Both the position numbers and the translations under genes were made by a program. Below are positions 52,254 to 62,051 of a stretch of 64,000 nucleotides of DNA, piece by piece. The notes below the pieces were generated by a model, which was not told the origin of the DNA, ran no database searches, and saw only the letters and a list, made by a program, of their open reading frames with translations. The stretch comes from Terriglobia bacterium (GTDB lineage: Bacteria; Acidobacteriota; Terriglobia; Acidiferrales; UBA7541). The stretch is taken from the NCBI GenBank assembly GCA_963788335.1, contig CAWBGM010000005.1:45275-109274 (forward strand), given 5' to 3'. The first letter of the stretch is position 1; every line of letters starts with the position of its first letter.

Positions 52254-53891
52254 TTAATCCAGCGTCTCCACCTTCGCAATTTTCGCCTCATGATTTTCCC
52301 CAACCCACAGAACCGGACGCGCACCCGTGTTATCGACTTCCACCCTGCGCACATTTACTCCTAATCGCGGCAAAAGGTACTTTCTGAATTCTCCCGTTTT
52401 CGGATCGAGTCGCACGATCAACTCGCTGGTCATTCCGCCGGCCCACACATTGCCCTGCTTATCTGCAACCACATCGTAGGGCCCGTACCACGGAACCGGA
52501 ATTGGCCACTCCTGAAATTTCTCGGTCTTCGGATCGAACACGGCAATCGTCTTGGCGTAGTACTCCCCGATCCATACCCGATTCTCGCTGTCCAAATGCA
52601 TTCTTCTCGGCCCTGAATTCGGAGTGGGCGGCGTAAACCGCGAGACCTTTCCGGTTGCGCCCTCCACACGATACAAATCGCCTCCGGAAATATCCGCCTC
52701 GTACAGGTTGCCGTTGGAGTCCGCCGTGATTCCATAGGGGTGATGGCGCGGCCCCTCGTACTTTTTATTCATGAACTCATCGGGCAGCTGATTAAACTTC
52801 GTCGGTTCTCCAGTCATCGGATCGATTCTGTAATCAAAATCGCTGGCGGTGTCTTTGACCCATACCGTTCCATCGCGGCCAACACTTATGAAATCGGCTC
52901 TACCGGAAGGAATATTGAAATCGGTGAAACGTTCCGCTTTCACGTCGAACTTGGCGATGCCATTCCAGTTGTGTCTTCCAACCCAAAGGTTTCCCTGCGG
53001 GTCCCATTCGAGACATTGAAACGCGGATGGATACCCTGCTTTGGTGACCGGGTCTTGCCATTCTTTCACTTCGCCGGTTGCCGCATTCAATCGCCCAATA
53101 ATCCCTTCCAGGAAATCCGAATACCAGATCCTCCCCGATTTGTCCGGCGACACATCGTGCGGCTCGGCGTCATGCCTGGGCAAATCGTATTCCGTCACGA
53201 TAACTTTCGTGTCAGCGCCGCGAGGCCTCGGCAGCGTTTTCAATTCAAAATTGTTTGTCGCATGCGCGCTCAGATTGATCGAACTCAGATATTCGGCGAA
53301 TTCCTTGTTTCCCAGCATGCCGCCGCCCCGGCGATCCGGGTTTTTCACGGGCTTATCGATTTTGCTGATTTGGTCCCATGTATTCATCCGAGTAAGCGTA
53401 ACCATCCAACCGGCGGCGTCATACGTGCTCTTCATGACCGGGGCCAAGGTGTGGCACTGGGAGCAGGTCAAAAAAAGATATTCCTTCTGTTGCTCGGTTC
53501 CCGGAACGCTCATCAACCACTCGACATCGCTGAGCTGGGAAGCGAGAGCCTGCGTTTTGTGAAGCTTTAAATTTTTCTCCCTCTTCCCTTTTCCAACCGC
53601 TACCGGAATATTCTCTTCCGCGGCTTCATAGCCGATGGCGCGGATCGACAAGAGATATTTTCCAGGGGCGAGGCGGCCCGGCGGGAATGTGAATCGCCCC
53701 TTCGAATCGCTCACCACGGTAACGGTAATCGTTCCGGGGGACTGCTTGGCGCTCACCAACACGCCTTCCATTGGACCCTCCGCGTCCGACGTCACAATGC
53801 CGGCCAATTGGCCCGCCGTCGCATTGGCCGCGCGCGTTGCGCCCGACAAACTGGCGATTGCCAATACGAGCAATAAAAATCGTCTCACCAT
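52254..53891 (-). CDS. Secreted CarboxypepD_reg-like domain + single CXXCH + Vgb/NHL-like beta-propeller protein
   Basis: 545-aa ORF with the signal MVRRFLLLVLAIASLSGATRA. The N-terminal domain is GQLAGIVTSDAEGPMEGVLVSA..GKYLLSIRAIGYE. CSQCH sits at 53451..53465. The propeller has repeated D..GN.W segments. It is a paralogue of 12852..14618. Confidence 0.7.
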   Translation of the reverse strand: MVRRFLLLVLAIASLSGATRAANATAGQLAGIVTSDAEGPMEGVLVSAKQSPGTITVTVVSDSKGRFTFPPGRLAPGKYLLSIRAIGYEAAEENIPVAVGKGKREKNLKLHKTQALASQLSDVEWLMSVPGTEQQKEYLFLTCSQCHTLAPVMKSTYDAAGWMVTLTRMNTWDQISKIDKPVKNPDRRGGGMLGNKEFAEYLSSINLSAHATNNFELKTLPRPRGADTKVIVTEYDLPRHDAEPHDVSPDKSGRIWYSDFLEGIIGRLNAATGEVKEWQDPVTKAGYPSAFQCLEWDPQGNLWVGRHNWNGIAKFDVKAERFTDFNIPSGRADFISVGRDGTVWVKDTASDFDYRIDPMTGEPTKFNQLPDEFMNKKYEGPRHHPYGITADSNGNLYEADISGGDLYRVEGATGKVSRFTPPTPNSGPRRMHLDSENRVWIGEYYAKTIAVFDPKTEKFQEWPIPVPWYGPYDVVADKQGNVWAGGMTSELIVRLDPKTGEFRKYLLPRLGVNVRRVEVDNTGARPVLWVGENHEAKIAKVETLD

Positions 53892-53917
53892 CCCAACGAC
53901 CTCCGAATGCGTTGCAT

Positions 53918-54631
53918 CTATCGAGCGGGAAGCATAGCCTTTTTTCCATCGGGCAACTGCACGTCTACCGTTTCATCCAGGATCGAAATCGCATTAAAAA
54001 CGCCCATCAGGGATGCCAACTCCACGGTGCCGCGCGAGCCGAAGAGACGGTAAATCTTCGCGAATGTGTCGGGGGAAACTTTTTTCTGCCGAAACAGTTC
54101 GCGCCCGTACGTAATAATCGCAGTTTCCTTTTCGCCAAGATCCGCCGCCGGCTTGCCGTACTTGATGATATCGATGATGGCCGCTTCGACTCCTGCGCGC
54201 TGCGCAATCGGTTCGTGGTTGGCCCAGATATACTGGTCGTCCATTTCGCGCGCCTCCACAAGGATTGCGATCTCCGTCAACCGGTGGCTCATTGCCGTCC
54301 CGTTGCGGAGATATTGCGAGACATCTTCCAGATCGTCGGCGACTTTCGGGCTGTAGAGACGTACCCCGGCCGGCGTCTGAAGATGGCTCACGGAATCGGC
54401 AGGGTCTTTGATGAATTTGTCATAAGCCTTTTTGCTCTCGTCATCCATGTCTTCGCGTTTCGGCAAAGGGAGACGATTTTTCGATACCGGGTCGATATCC
54501 TTCGGCATCGGCGCCGGCGTGGAACCCGAATCCGGGCCGTGTGTTGCGTATTGCGCCTGAACATTTCCACTCATTGCGAAGCCCGCCGCAAGAAGCGCCA
54601 GCGCAACCAAGGATCGTCTCATCTCATTCAT
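53918..54631 (-). CDS. Secreted carboxymuconolactone decarboxylase (CMD/AhpD-like) family protein
   Basis: 237-aa ORF with the signal MNEMRRSLVALALLAAGFAMSGNVQA. The helical region reads LTEIAILVEAREMDDQYIWANHEPIAQRAG...I..I....., with a second half ..LFGSRGTVELASLMGVFN typical of CMD-family proteins. Confidence 0.65.
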   Translation of the reverse strand: MNEMRRSLVALALLAAGFAMSGNVQAQYATHGPDSGSTPAPMPKDIDPVSKNRLPLPKREDMDDESKKAYDKFIKDPADSVSHLQTPAGVRLYSPKVADDLEDVSQYLRNGTAMSHRLTEIAILVEAREMDDQYIWANHEPIAQRAGVEAAIIDIIKYGKPAADLGEKETAIITYGRELFRQKKVSPDTFAKIYRLFGSRGTVELASLMGVFNAISILDETVDVQLPDGKKAMLPAR

Positions 54632-54655
54632 CTCCCGCTCAGCAGTTTGCTGATT

Positions 54656-55816
54656 CTAGACCGTCGCCATTTCATCGATTCGAGAAAGCGGAATGATCTC
54701 GCTCATTTTCTTCGCGCCGGCCTTGATCTGGTTGTATTCGATTGTCGCCTCGCGCACGGCCGCCGTGTTGTAATCGGGCGTGAGCGTGTCGTCCCACTCC
54801 TCGTAGTAGCGAACAACGTTGGGCAGAAGATGCTCAGGGCTGATCCAGTTATCGAAACGGCCGAGATGAATCTCTGCGGCGGCGGCTCCGGGCGTCATCT
54901 TCGCGTCATAGCGCTTGCGCGTCTCGACTCCAAGCACGCGAAAATATTCAACCATCTCGGCAAGCTCTTTCTTTCCGCCGATCGGACCATGTCCCGGCAC
55001 AATCACATCCACATCCCAGCCCAGAATTCTGTTGGCTGACTCGACCCACTTGCTGATGTAGCTGTTGTTGGCGAGCGGCGCGACCCAGAAGAACCCCACA
55101 TCGCCGGAAAATAAAATTTTTTGCTTCGGCAGATACGCCATCACATCGCCCCAAGTGTGCGCGGGGCCCGCGAATTTGAACTGCACTTCCGTGTCGCCGA
55201 TAAAATATGTGAGATCGTCCTTGAACGTCACCGTGGGCGGCGCGAGTTTGCGTTCCTCCGCGACATCTTCAACTCCAGGCGCGGGAATCCACATCTTTGG
55301 CGTCGTCGGAATCGCTTTCAGGATTTCATTGCGGCAATACGGGTGGCTGACAATTTCCGCGTGTGTGAAGAACTGATTGCCGCCGACATGGTCGCCGTGA
55401 TGATGCGTATCGAGCAATCGCCCGAAATCCTTTCCGGTTGCCTGCTTTGCCGCGGAGATAAACGCTTTGGCCGGGATGGGCGCCTGCAAGGCGTCGATGG
55501 AGAGCAGGTATTCGTCTCCGGCAATTATCCCGGCATTGGAGATGCCGCGAAACCGCGTGTTCGGCGCTCCGCCCTGCGTGTATGCATAAACATTGGGAGC
55601 GAGCTGTCGCAGTTCCCTCTTCCAGCTCAAAGGCATCGGATATCGCGAATCGGTCGGCGGCAAAGGATTCGGCTCTACTGCGTCTTGCGCGCTCAATTGA
55701 ACCGCTTCAACTCCTCCCAACAGCATCGCAGCTGCGCCGAGCAGCGTCCCGGCGCCCATCCGAATCGCTTCCCTGCGGTTCAATTCCACACGACCGCCAT
55801 GTTTTAAATTTTTCAT
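54656..55816 (-). CDS. TAT-exported MBL-fold metallo-hydrolase
   Basis: 386-aa ORF with the twin-arginine signal ..ELNRREAIRMGAGTLLGAAAMLLGG. The canonical motif is LLDTHHHGDHVGGNQFF, with later metal residues in GPAHTWGD and VPGHGP. Confidence 0.85.
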   Translation of the reverse strand: MKNLKHGGRVELNRREAIRMGAGTLLGAAAMLLGGVEAVQLSAQDAVEPNPLPPTDSRYPMPLSWKRELRQLAPNVYAYTQGGAPNTRFRGISNAGIIAGDEYLLSIDALQAPIPAKAFISAAKQATGKDFGRLLDTHHHGDHVGGNQFFTHAEIVSHPYCRNEILKAIPTTPKMWIPAPGVEDVAEERKLAPPTVTFKDDLTYFIGDTEVQFKFAGPAHTWGDVMAYLPKQKILFSGDVGFFWVAPLANNSYISKWVESANRILGWDVDVIVPGHGPIGGKKELAEMVEYFRVLGVETRKRYDAKMTPGAAAAEIHLGRFDNWISPEHLLPNVVRYYEEWDDTLTPDYNTAAVREATIEYNQIKAGAKKMSEIIPLSRIDEMATV

Positions 55817-55890
55817 AAGGATTATCGAAAGATACTTGAGTAGAGTCTCTCACTTTGTACAAGAAGCCATCTCATGAATAATCTTTGTGG

Positions 55891-55910
55891 GTCACGGCTT
55901 CAGCCGTGAC
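55891..55910. repeat. Short variant hairpin of the repeat family (gtcacggc-ttca-gccgtgac)
   Basis: It has an 8-bp perfect stem with the same ttca loop. It lies in the 163-nt gap between two co-directional genes (55980 end, 55816 start). Confidence 0.6.
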
Positions 55911-55979
55911 AGAAAGGTTGCAGAATCAGTACCGCTTTAGCCGCTGGCCAGCGGGATTTCATTCTGCCACACAGGCGCT

Positions 55980-57422
55980 TCAGCGCCCGGTGGCGTCGCT
56001 CCAATGATCACGTATTGCCGCGCGATCGATGGCCTGCCCATCCACATAAACGGCAAAAATCTTGCGCGTGTTCTTGATGTCGTCGAGCGGATTCGCATTG
56101 AGCACGATAAAATCCGCGCGCTTGCCGGCCACAAGGCTGTCCATATCGCGCAGGCCGAGCGCATCGGCGGAAACCTGTGTGCCGTCGCGAATCACCTGCA
56201 TCGGCGCGATCCCCGCCTCCGCCAGCGACTGCATCTCCAAATGTTCCATGTAGCCGGGGAAGCGGCCCTCGCCCCCACTGGTATCTCCGCTGATCACCAT
56301 TCGAATGCCCGCATCGCTTTCTTTTTTCGCAGTGATCAACATCAGCGCATACCCGCGCGGCGGCCCATGCGGATCGGGCGCCGGCGCTGCCTTCATGGCC
56401 TTCATATAATTCAGATAGGAGGCAGGCACGGTGTCGGCAAGTTCCGGTTCATCGAGCCATGAACGGTCCAGCATGGCGGATGCCATGGTCGAGCATTGAA
56501 ACACGTTGTGCTGCTTCATCAGCTGGATGAATTCGTCGTCCACCACCAGGTCGTGCGGTGAGTGCGCCAGCCCGTCGACCCCGGCGCTGGCCACCGTCTT
56601 TGCATCGGCCAGCGTCACGACGTGCGCGATCGCCGCCAAATGTTGCTTGTGCGCCTCGTCGATGATCGCCGCGATGATCTCAGGACTCATCAGCGGCCGC
56701 GTGTGATTGCGGTCGTCCACCCAAAATTTGATCGCGTCGACTTTTTTCGCCGCTTCCCGGCGCACGAATTCGCGCGCATCCTCGGGCGAGCGCGCTTCAT
56801 GCACCACGTCGTGGGCGAAGGCCGGCCCGCCGTTTTCATCTCCATTGTTGTAGGCAACGATTCCGTCGTCCGCTGTATAAAGCATCGCCAGCGTCGGGTC
56901 CTTCAGTTTTCCGGACCGCTGCTCGTTGCGAATCTCCAACTCCAGATCGCCGCGGTCGGTGCCGAGGCTCTGAATTGCGCCGATGCCGTAATACCGGTAG
57001 CGCCGCAACTCGTCGATAATGTTTTCGCGGGAATAATACTCCTTGCTGATGTGGCCGCCCATCACCCCCGCGCCATCCTTCACGTTTGGATCGGTCGCGC
57101 CGTTCTTCATGTAGCCGATGTGGGCGTGAAGCCCTTCGATCATCGGCATCACGGTCTTCCCCGAAATATCCACACGCATCGCGCTTTTCGGCAATTTCAC
57201 CGAATCTGCCGCGCCGATCTGTACTATCTTTCCCGCGCGGACAACGATCGTCGCATTCTCGATCGCTGCGTTTCCATTTCCCGGAATCACGCGCGCGCCC
57301 ACGAACGCCGCCACCGGCGCGCTTTGGGCCGGTGCAATTTCAGGCGCGAACGATATCCAAACCGTCGCGCACAAAAGCATGATGGCCCGATTTGCGCCAC
57401 GAAAAATCACTTTTGCCCCCAC
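55980..57422 (-). CDS. Secreted amidohydrolase-1 family (metal-dependent hydrolase) protein
   Basis: 480-aa ORF with a GTG start in the track. An internal ATG at Met15 is also compatible with the signal ..MLLCATVWISFAPEIAPA. The N-terminal beta-sandwich is FVGARVIPGNGNAAIENATIVVRAGKIVQIG. Further strings are EGLHAHIGY (HxH), AIAHV and VISGDTSG.. Confidence 0.8.
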   Translation of the reverse strand: MGAKVIFRGANRAIMLLCATVWISFAPEIAPAQSAPVAAFVGARVIPGNGNAAIENATIVVRAGKIVQIGAADSVKLPKSAMRVDISGKTVMPMIEGLHAHIGYMKNGATDPNVKDGAGVMGGHISKEYYSRENIIDELRRYRYYGIGAIQSLGTDRGDLELEIRNEQRSGKLKDPTLAMLYTADDGIVAYNNGDENGGPAFAHDVVHEARSPEDAREFVRREAAKKVDAIKFWVDDRNHTRPLMSPEIIAAIIDEAHKQHLAAIAHVVTLADAKTVASAGVDGLAHSPHDLVVDDEFIQLMKQHNVFQCSTMASAMLDRSWLDEPELADTVPASYLNYMKAMKAAPAPDPHGPPRGYALMLITAKKESDAGIRMVISGDTSGGEGRFPGYMEHLEMQSLAEAGIAPMQVIRDGTQVSADALGLRDMDSLVAGKRADFIVLNANPLDDIKNTRKIFAVYVDGQAIDRAAIRDHWSDATGR

Positions 57423-57466
57423 TCAGACGAACTCGTGAAACCTCAAACGGATCGACTCAATGCAAT

Positions 57467-59746
57467 CTATTTGGCCAGCGGATCGGGTCGAATCTGGAAA
57501 TGCACGACGTACGGCAATCTATCCTTTTCGAATCTGCCGCCCTCGGACTGCCACGGCTCGCGTGTTTCGTTCGCTCCCCACAATCCGCGCCCTTTCCATC
57601 CGCCTTTCGGATCGTCGATGCGGCCTTCCAGACTGCGCATGAAAAGCCCCATCGGATAAGGCACGCGCAGCCGAACCCACTGTTTGGTTCCCGGCACAAA
57701 CGCAATCAGCGAATCGTCGTCCGTGCCGCAAATCACCGAAAGATTCTCGCCCAATCCGAATGTGTTGTAGCGGTCCACCCAACTGTTGTACGAAAAATCC
57801 GTGAGCACATCGGTCCCCGTAAATTTCGGCCCTGGAATTTCGTACATTGTCCAGCCTTCGGGACATTGCTGCCCGGTAGCCGTCGGGCCATTCAGCACTT
57901 TGCACTTTCTGCGATCGAAACTGGCCAGGTGACCGCTCCCTGCCAGCGCCGTCCACACCACGCCGTTGCTGTCGATATCGACGCCTTCCGGCGAATAGTA
58001 TTGTTGCTTCGAAACGTCGGTGAAACTAAACGGCGGCGCATAGACTTCCGTCGTGCACGTTTCCGGCGGGTTATCTCCCTTCACCATTCGCATGATGCTT
58101 CCCGGGGGCGTCAGCAGACTTTGCCATACACTCTCATCCGTCGGACTCACAGCGATGATGTAACCGGTGCCCCCGCCGATGTAATGATCGAGCTTCGGAT
58201 CGATCGGATCGCCAGGCCCATTGAAGGGACCTGTTTTTCCGTCGCCGTTTGTATCGATCACAGCAGGACACCAGCCCTGCGATTTCTCCGAGTCGTGCGT
58301 CTCGTCCCACATGCGCGTATTGATCCAGCCGAGCCCGTTCATGCGCCGCGGAGTGATATAAAGCGTCTCGTCCTTATCGTAGCCAAACGCTGTGTGCCCT
58401 CCGCCGAAACACATATCGAGAATTCCAAACATGCCGGATTTCGGATCGTAATAATCCACGCCCGCGATTTGAGCGCGAATCAGGTTCGGGTTTGTAATAT
58501 CCGTGATCGGAAAATTTTTCGCGAAAATATTGTCCGAGCCTTTTTTACAGTAGGAAGCAATGTCGAGCCGGGTCTGCACGGTGAACCACACGCGTCCCTT
58601 GTGATCCATCATCGACGGCCCTGGATTCAAAATGTCGTCGCGGACCAGATCCATGCCCCAGTATGGCGATGGATATTTCACCTTCTGCGCGGACCAGGTC
58701 GGAAATTGCTTTCGAATGCTTTCATCGCGCAACGGAACGCGAATCTGAAATTTTTCGTTCGAAGCGGGGTCGAGCGCCGCCAGCGCATCGCCCGACCAAT
58801 CGGGGGAATAAATTGGGCCAAAGGCATTGGTGGAAGGGCTGCTTCGAACGGTCGTGGTCGTGTCGTGCGGGAATCCGGTGGGAATCGAGAAATCCCACTG
58901 CGTCAGGACGATATTGCGCTCCATTCCCTGAGGACGCGACGGAGCCGGCGGCAATTCGCCCTTGGCGAGCCGGTCGGTCCAGTCCGCAAACATCGCGAGA
59001 CCGCGATTGCGCCCAAAGCCGTCGATCCCGTCGTGTTCGTCGGCAATTTGTCCCGATTGCAGAAAGTGTGCCCACGCCTCCGAGCTGGAATCGACTTTTC
59101 CGATGCTCGCGGGAATCTCGCGCGTCGATTTGTCCCCCAGCTGATGGCACCTTTCGCAGATGCCTTTCAACTGCCAGACATATTGCGCCTGTGCCTTGAT
59201 CGATTGCGGAACAGGCCGCCGGGGATTCACGGGAGCCACATTGCCTTGATCGAGAAGTGACAATGGAAAATCCGTCTTGGCGGGAATGTGCAAGAGCGAA
59301 AACCAGTAATCGGGCGGATAATATTTCGCCGCAGCCCTTGCATCGGGCGCCACGACGGCGGTCAACGCCAACGTATCGCCAGGAGCCCCCTGCGCAGGTT
59401 CCGAATCCACAAGGCCGTATCCCCTGACCCAAACTTTATATTTTGCTTTCGGCAAATCCGGAACCAGATAGCGCCCCTGATCGTCAGTGACCACGATCTT
59501 TCGAAACGTATTCCCCACATCCGTAGTTTCCGCGATCACCCAAACGCCCGCTTCCGGCCCCTTGGAACTTTTCACCGTGCCGCTGATGTATCCGGCCGAG
59601 GGCGGCATGTGTCCCGGTCCAGCGATCCGCGCAGCCGAATTAGACTGTGCGCGAACCGGCGCCACTGCAGTTCCCGCAAGAGCAGCCCAGAAGATGCAGC
59701 CCACAATGATTGCAATCATTTTGCCGCGTTCGATCCTTTTTCGCAT
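57467..59746 (-). CDS. Large secreted CarboxypepD_reg-like + single CXXCH protein (paralogue pair, copy 2)
   Basis: Track ORF runs to 59917. I moved the start to ATG 59746 (MRKRIERGKMIAIIVGCIFWAALAGTAVAPVRA), which follows GAAGGAGAG. The N-terminal domain is ISGTVKSSKGPEAGVWVIAETTD..KYKVWVRGYGLVDS. CERCH sits at 59144..59158. A ~480-aa beta-rich C-terminal region follows. Confidence 0.7.
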   Translation of the reverse strand: MRKRIERGKMIAIIVGCIFWAALAGTAVAPVRAQSNSAARIAGPGHMPPSAGYISGTVKSSKGPEAGVWVIAETTDVGNTFRKIVVTDDQGRYLVPDLPKAKYKVWVRGYGLVDSEPAQGAPGDTLALTAVVAPDARAAAKYYPPDYWFSLLHIPAKTDFPLSLLDQGNVAPVNPRRPVPQSIKAQAQYVWQLKGICERCHQLGDKSTREIPASIGKVDSSSEAWAHFLQSGQIADEHDGIDGFGRNRGLAMFADWTDRLAKGELPPAPSRPQGMERNIVLTQWDFSIPTGFPHDTTTTVRSSPSTNAFGPIYSPDWSGDALAALDPASNEKFQIRVPLRDESIRKQFPTWSAQKVKYPSPYWGMDLVRDDILNPGPSMMDHKGRVWFTVQTRLDIASYCKKGSDNIFAKNFPITDITNPNLIRAQIAGVDYYDPKSGMFGILDMCFGGGHTAFGYDKDETLYITPRRMNGLGWINTRMWDETHDSEKSQGWCPAVIDTNGDGKTGPFNGPGDPIDPKLDHYIGGGTGYIIAVSPTDESVWQSLLTPPGSIMRMVKGDNPPETCTTEVYAPPFSFTDVSKQQYYSPEGVDIDSNGVVWTALAGSGHLASFDRRKCKVLNGPTATGQQCPEGWTMYEIPGPKFTGTDVLTDFSYNSWVDRYNTFGLGENLSVICGTDDDSLIAFVPGTKQWVRLRVPYPMGLFMRSLEGRIDDPKGGWKGRGLWGANETREPWQSEGGRFEKDRLPYVVHFQIRPDPLAK

Positions 59747-59765
59747 GGAACTCTCCTTCAAACCA

Positions 59766-62051
59766 TTATCTGGCGAGCGGGTCGGGACGAATCTGGAAAT
59801 GAACGAGCTGGCTCGGAGTTCCCGCTCCACCTTCGATATGCCATGTCGTGCGCGTATCGTTGTCCGCCCAGACGCCCCTTCCCTTCCAGCCGGCGCTCGG
59901 GTCGTCGATGCGTCCATTCAAATCGCGGGAGTAAAATCCCAACGGATACGGCACCCGCATCACCGTCCAGGTTTTTGTCGGAGGCTGAAACACCAGCAAA
60001 GAGTCGGAACCCGTTCCCGTTAACACCACCGAGTTTTTCCCCAAACCTAAAATATTAAACCGGTCGACCCAGACGAAGTACACCCAATCCGCCTTCGCTT
60101 CGGTCTCGCCCTTAAACGTAGGCCCCGGCACGGGATACAATGTCCAGCCCTCGGGGCAATGCTGCCCGGTGGCGGTCGGCCCGTTCAGAACTTTGCATTT
60201 GCTGCGGTCGAAGCTGGCAAGCTGGCCGCTGCCGCCCAGATTCGTCCAGGCCAGGCCGTTCGTATCGAAATTGACGGCGCGCGGGATGTAGCCCAATTTT
60301 TCTCCGGGCTTCGGGTCGTTCGTAAACGGCGGTTCGTAAATTTCGGTTTTGCATGTCGAAGGCGGGTTGGACCCACGGTCGAAGCGCAGAATCTTTCCGG
60401 GAATCGGCTTCATGATCGCAACCCATACGCTTCCATCGACAGGATTCACGGAAATTCCGTAGCCCCGCGTCCCATCGACAAACCGGTCGAGTTTCGGATC
60501 GAATGGTTGCGGCGCGCGCGTGTAAGCCCCGGTTTTTCCATCGCCGTTGTAATCGATCACCGGCGGACACCAGCCTTCGGCTTTTTCGGCGTCGTGCGTT
60601 TCGTCCCAAATTCTCGAGTTCACCCAGCCGACTCCGCCAATCTGGCCGATTTTCAGCGCGAAGTAGACGGTTTCATCCTTGTCGTACGCCATCTTCAAAT
60701 GGTGAATCGAGAAACAGAGATCGACGGCATCGAACTTCCCCGTCTTCGGATCGTAAATATCGACGCCCCAGCCTTCCGTGGGTTGTCCGATCCGGCTAAG
60801 TGTGGGCGGCTCCCAGTTTTTCGCAAATGGGTTGTTCGAAGACGCCTTGCAGAAATTGGGTGGATCGGACTTGCGATTCTCCATTCCAACCCAGATGCGT
60901 CCCTTGCTGTCCATCTGATCGTAGGCCGCGTTTACCGAATCCTCTTCCCAGACAATCTTGTCTCCCCAGTAAGGCGAAGGCATGGCGTTCGATTGAATCG
61001 AGCCAAACGCCATTGCTTTTCGCTCTTCCTCGTGACGAAGTGGAATCCTCTTCGAAATGGCGGTGTTTTCCCTCGGGTCGACAATGTGCAGTTCCCCGCG
61101 CTCCCAGTCGGTGCTGTAGACCGGCCCGTACCCGTTGAGCGTCGGATTCCGATCGTCACTTGCCGATATGCCATGGAGAAAAGAGTTCCACGATCCCTGA
61201 TCCCACAACGTGAGAACGATGTTGCGTTCCATTCCCTGCGGGCGTGGCGGAGACGGGGGCACTTCACCCTTGGCGATTCGCTCCGTCCAGTCCGCGAACA
61301 TCGCGAATCCCCGTTCATGCCCGAACGTCGTATTAAACGTGGAAGTCATTTCGGTGCCGAATTGCCCGGACATCAGGCGCCGTTCCCAGGCTTGCGCGTG
61401 TGTGTCAAACTTTCCCAGGCTTGCTGGAAATTCGCGCGTCGCCTTATCGCCGATCTGATGACACATCTCGCATCCGGAATGCAACCCGTCAACAATATAG
61501 GACTGCGATGGCTGGATCCCGGGCGCGTGCAACGCAGAACCCGCCTCGGAAAATAAAGCCCCCGAAGTTTTGATGGGGAAATCGCTCTTGGGAGGAATTT
61601 CCATTAGCGAATACCAGTAGCTCGCCGGATAATACTGCGCCGCAGCCCGCGCGTCAGGAGCAACCACCGCCGCAAGATTCAAATTTTCCCCTGGCGCGGA
61701 CACGACAGGCGTCGAATCAACCAATCCGTAGCCGCGCACCCACACCTTGTAGTTGGCCTTCGGCAATTCGGGCAACAGGTACCGCCCTTGTTCGTCGGTC
61801 ACCACGATCTTGCGCAGCTTGGTCTGGAACTCGGTAGTTTCTGCGATCACCCAGACGCCGGCTTCCGGGCCCTTCGAACTGGTAACCACGCCTCCGATGT
61901 TGTCGGCGCCGACGCTCACGCCGTTCACCTGGGGCGTTGCAGCGGCCGCGCCGCTGCGCGGACCGGCTTCGATTCGAACCATCGCCGCCGTCAGCAGGAA
62001 GCAACAGACCAACAGTCCATATCCCGCGGACCGTCTCATATGGATTCTCAT
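59766..62051 (-). CDS. Large secreted CarboxypepD_reg-like + single CXXCH protein (paralogue pair, copy 1)
   Basis: Start taken as ATG 62051 (MRIHMRRSAGYGLLVCCFLLTAAMV), which follows GGGAG. The N-terminal domain is GGVVTSSKGPEAGVWVIAETTE..NYKVWVRGYGLVDS. CEMCH sits at 61458..61472. It is collinear with 57467..59746 to the C-terminus (..VHFQIRPDPLA in both). Confidence 0.7.
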   Translation of the reverse strand: MRIHMRRSAGYGLLVCCFLLTAAMVRIEAGPRSGAAAATPQVNGVSVGADNIGGVVTSSKGPEAGVWVIAETTEFQTKLRKIVVTDEQGRYLLPELPKANYKVWVRGYGLVDSTPVVSAPGENLNLAAVVAPDARAAAQYYPASYWYSLMEIPPKSDFPIKTSGALFSEAGSALHAPGIQPSQSYIVDGLHSGCEMCHQIGDKATREFPASLGKFDTHAQAWERRLMSGQFGTEMTSTFNTTFGHERGFAMFADWTERIAKGEVPPSPPRPQGMERNIVLTLWDQGSWNSFLHGISASDDRNPTLNGYGPVYSTDWERGELHIVDPRENTAISKRIPLRHEEERKAMAFGSIQSNAMPSPYWGDKIVWEEDSVNAAYDQMDSKGRIWVGMENRKSDPPNFCKASSNNPFAKNWEPPTLSRIGQPTEGWGVDIYDPKTGKFDAVDLCFSIHHLKMAYDKDETVYFALKIGQIGGVGWVNSRIWDETHDAEKAEGWCPPVIDYNGDGKTGAYTRAPQPFDPKLDRFVDGTRGYGISVNPVDGSVWVAIMKPIPGKILRFDRGSNPPSTCKTEIYEPPFTNDPKPGEKLGYIPRAVNFDTNGLAWTNLGGSGQLASFDRSKCKVLNGPTATGQHCPEGWTLYPVPGPTFKGETEAKADWVYFVWVDRFNILGLGKNSVVLTGTGSDSLLVFQPPTKTWTVMRVPYPLGFYSRDLNGRIDDPSAGWKGRGVWADNDTRTTWHIEGGAGTPSQLVHFQIRPDPLAR

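Noticed and set aside
57392-59260. 622-aa plus-strand ORF. Similar long ORFs lie at 60159..61556, 56562..57659, 53771..55039 and 50062..50733.
   Set aside because: All lie antisense to minus-strand genes that have clear domain signatures. Their products are Arg-rich and low-complexity with no signal or motif logic, which is typical GC-rich shadow-ORF behaviour.
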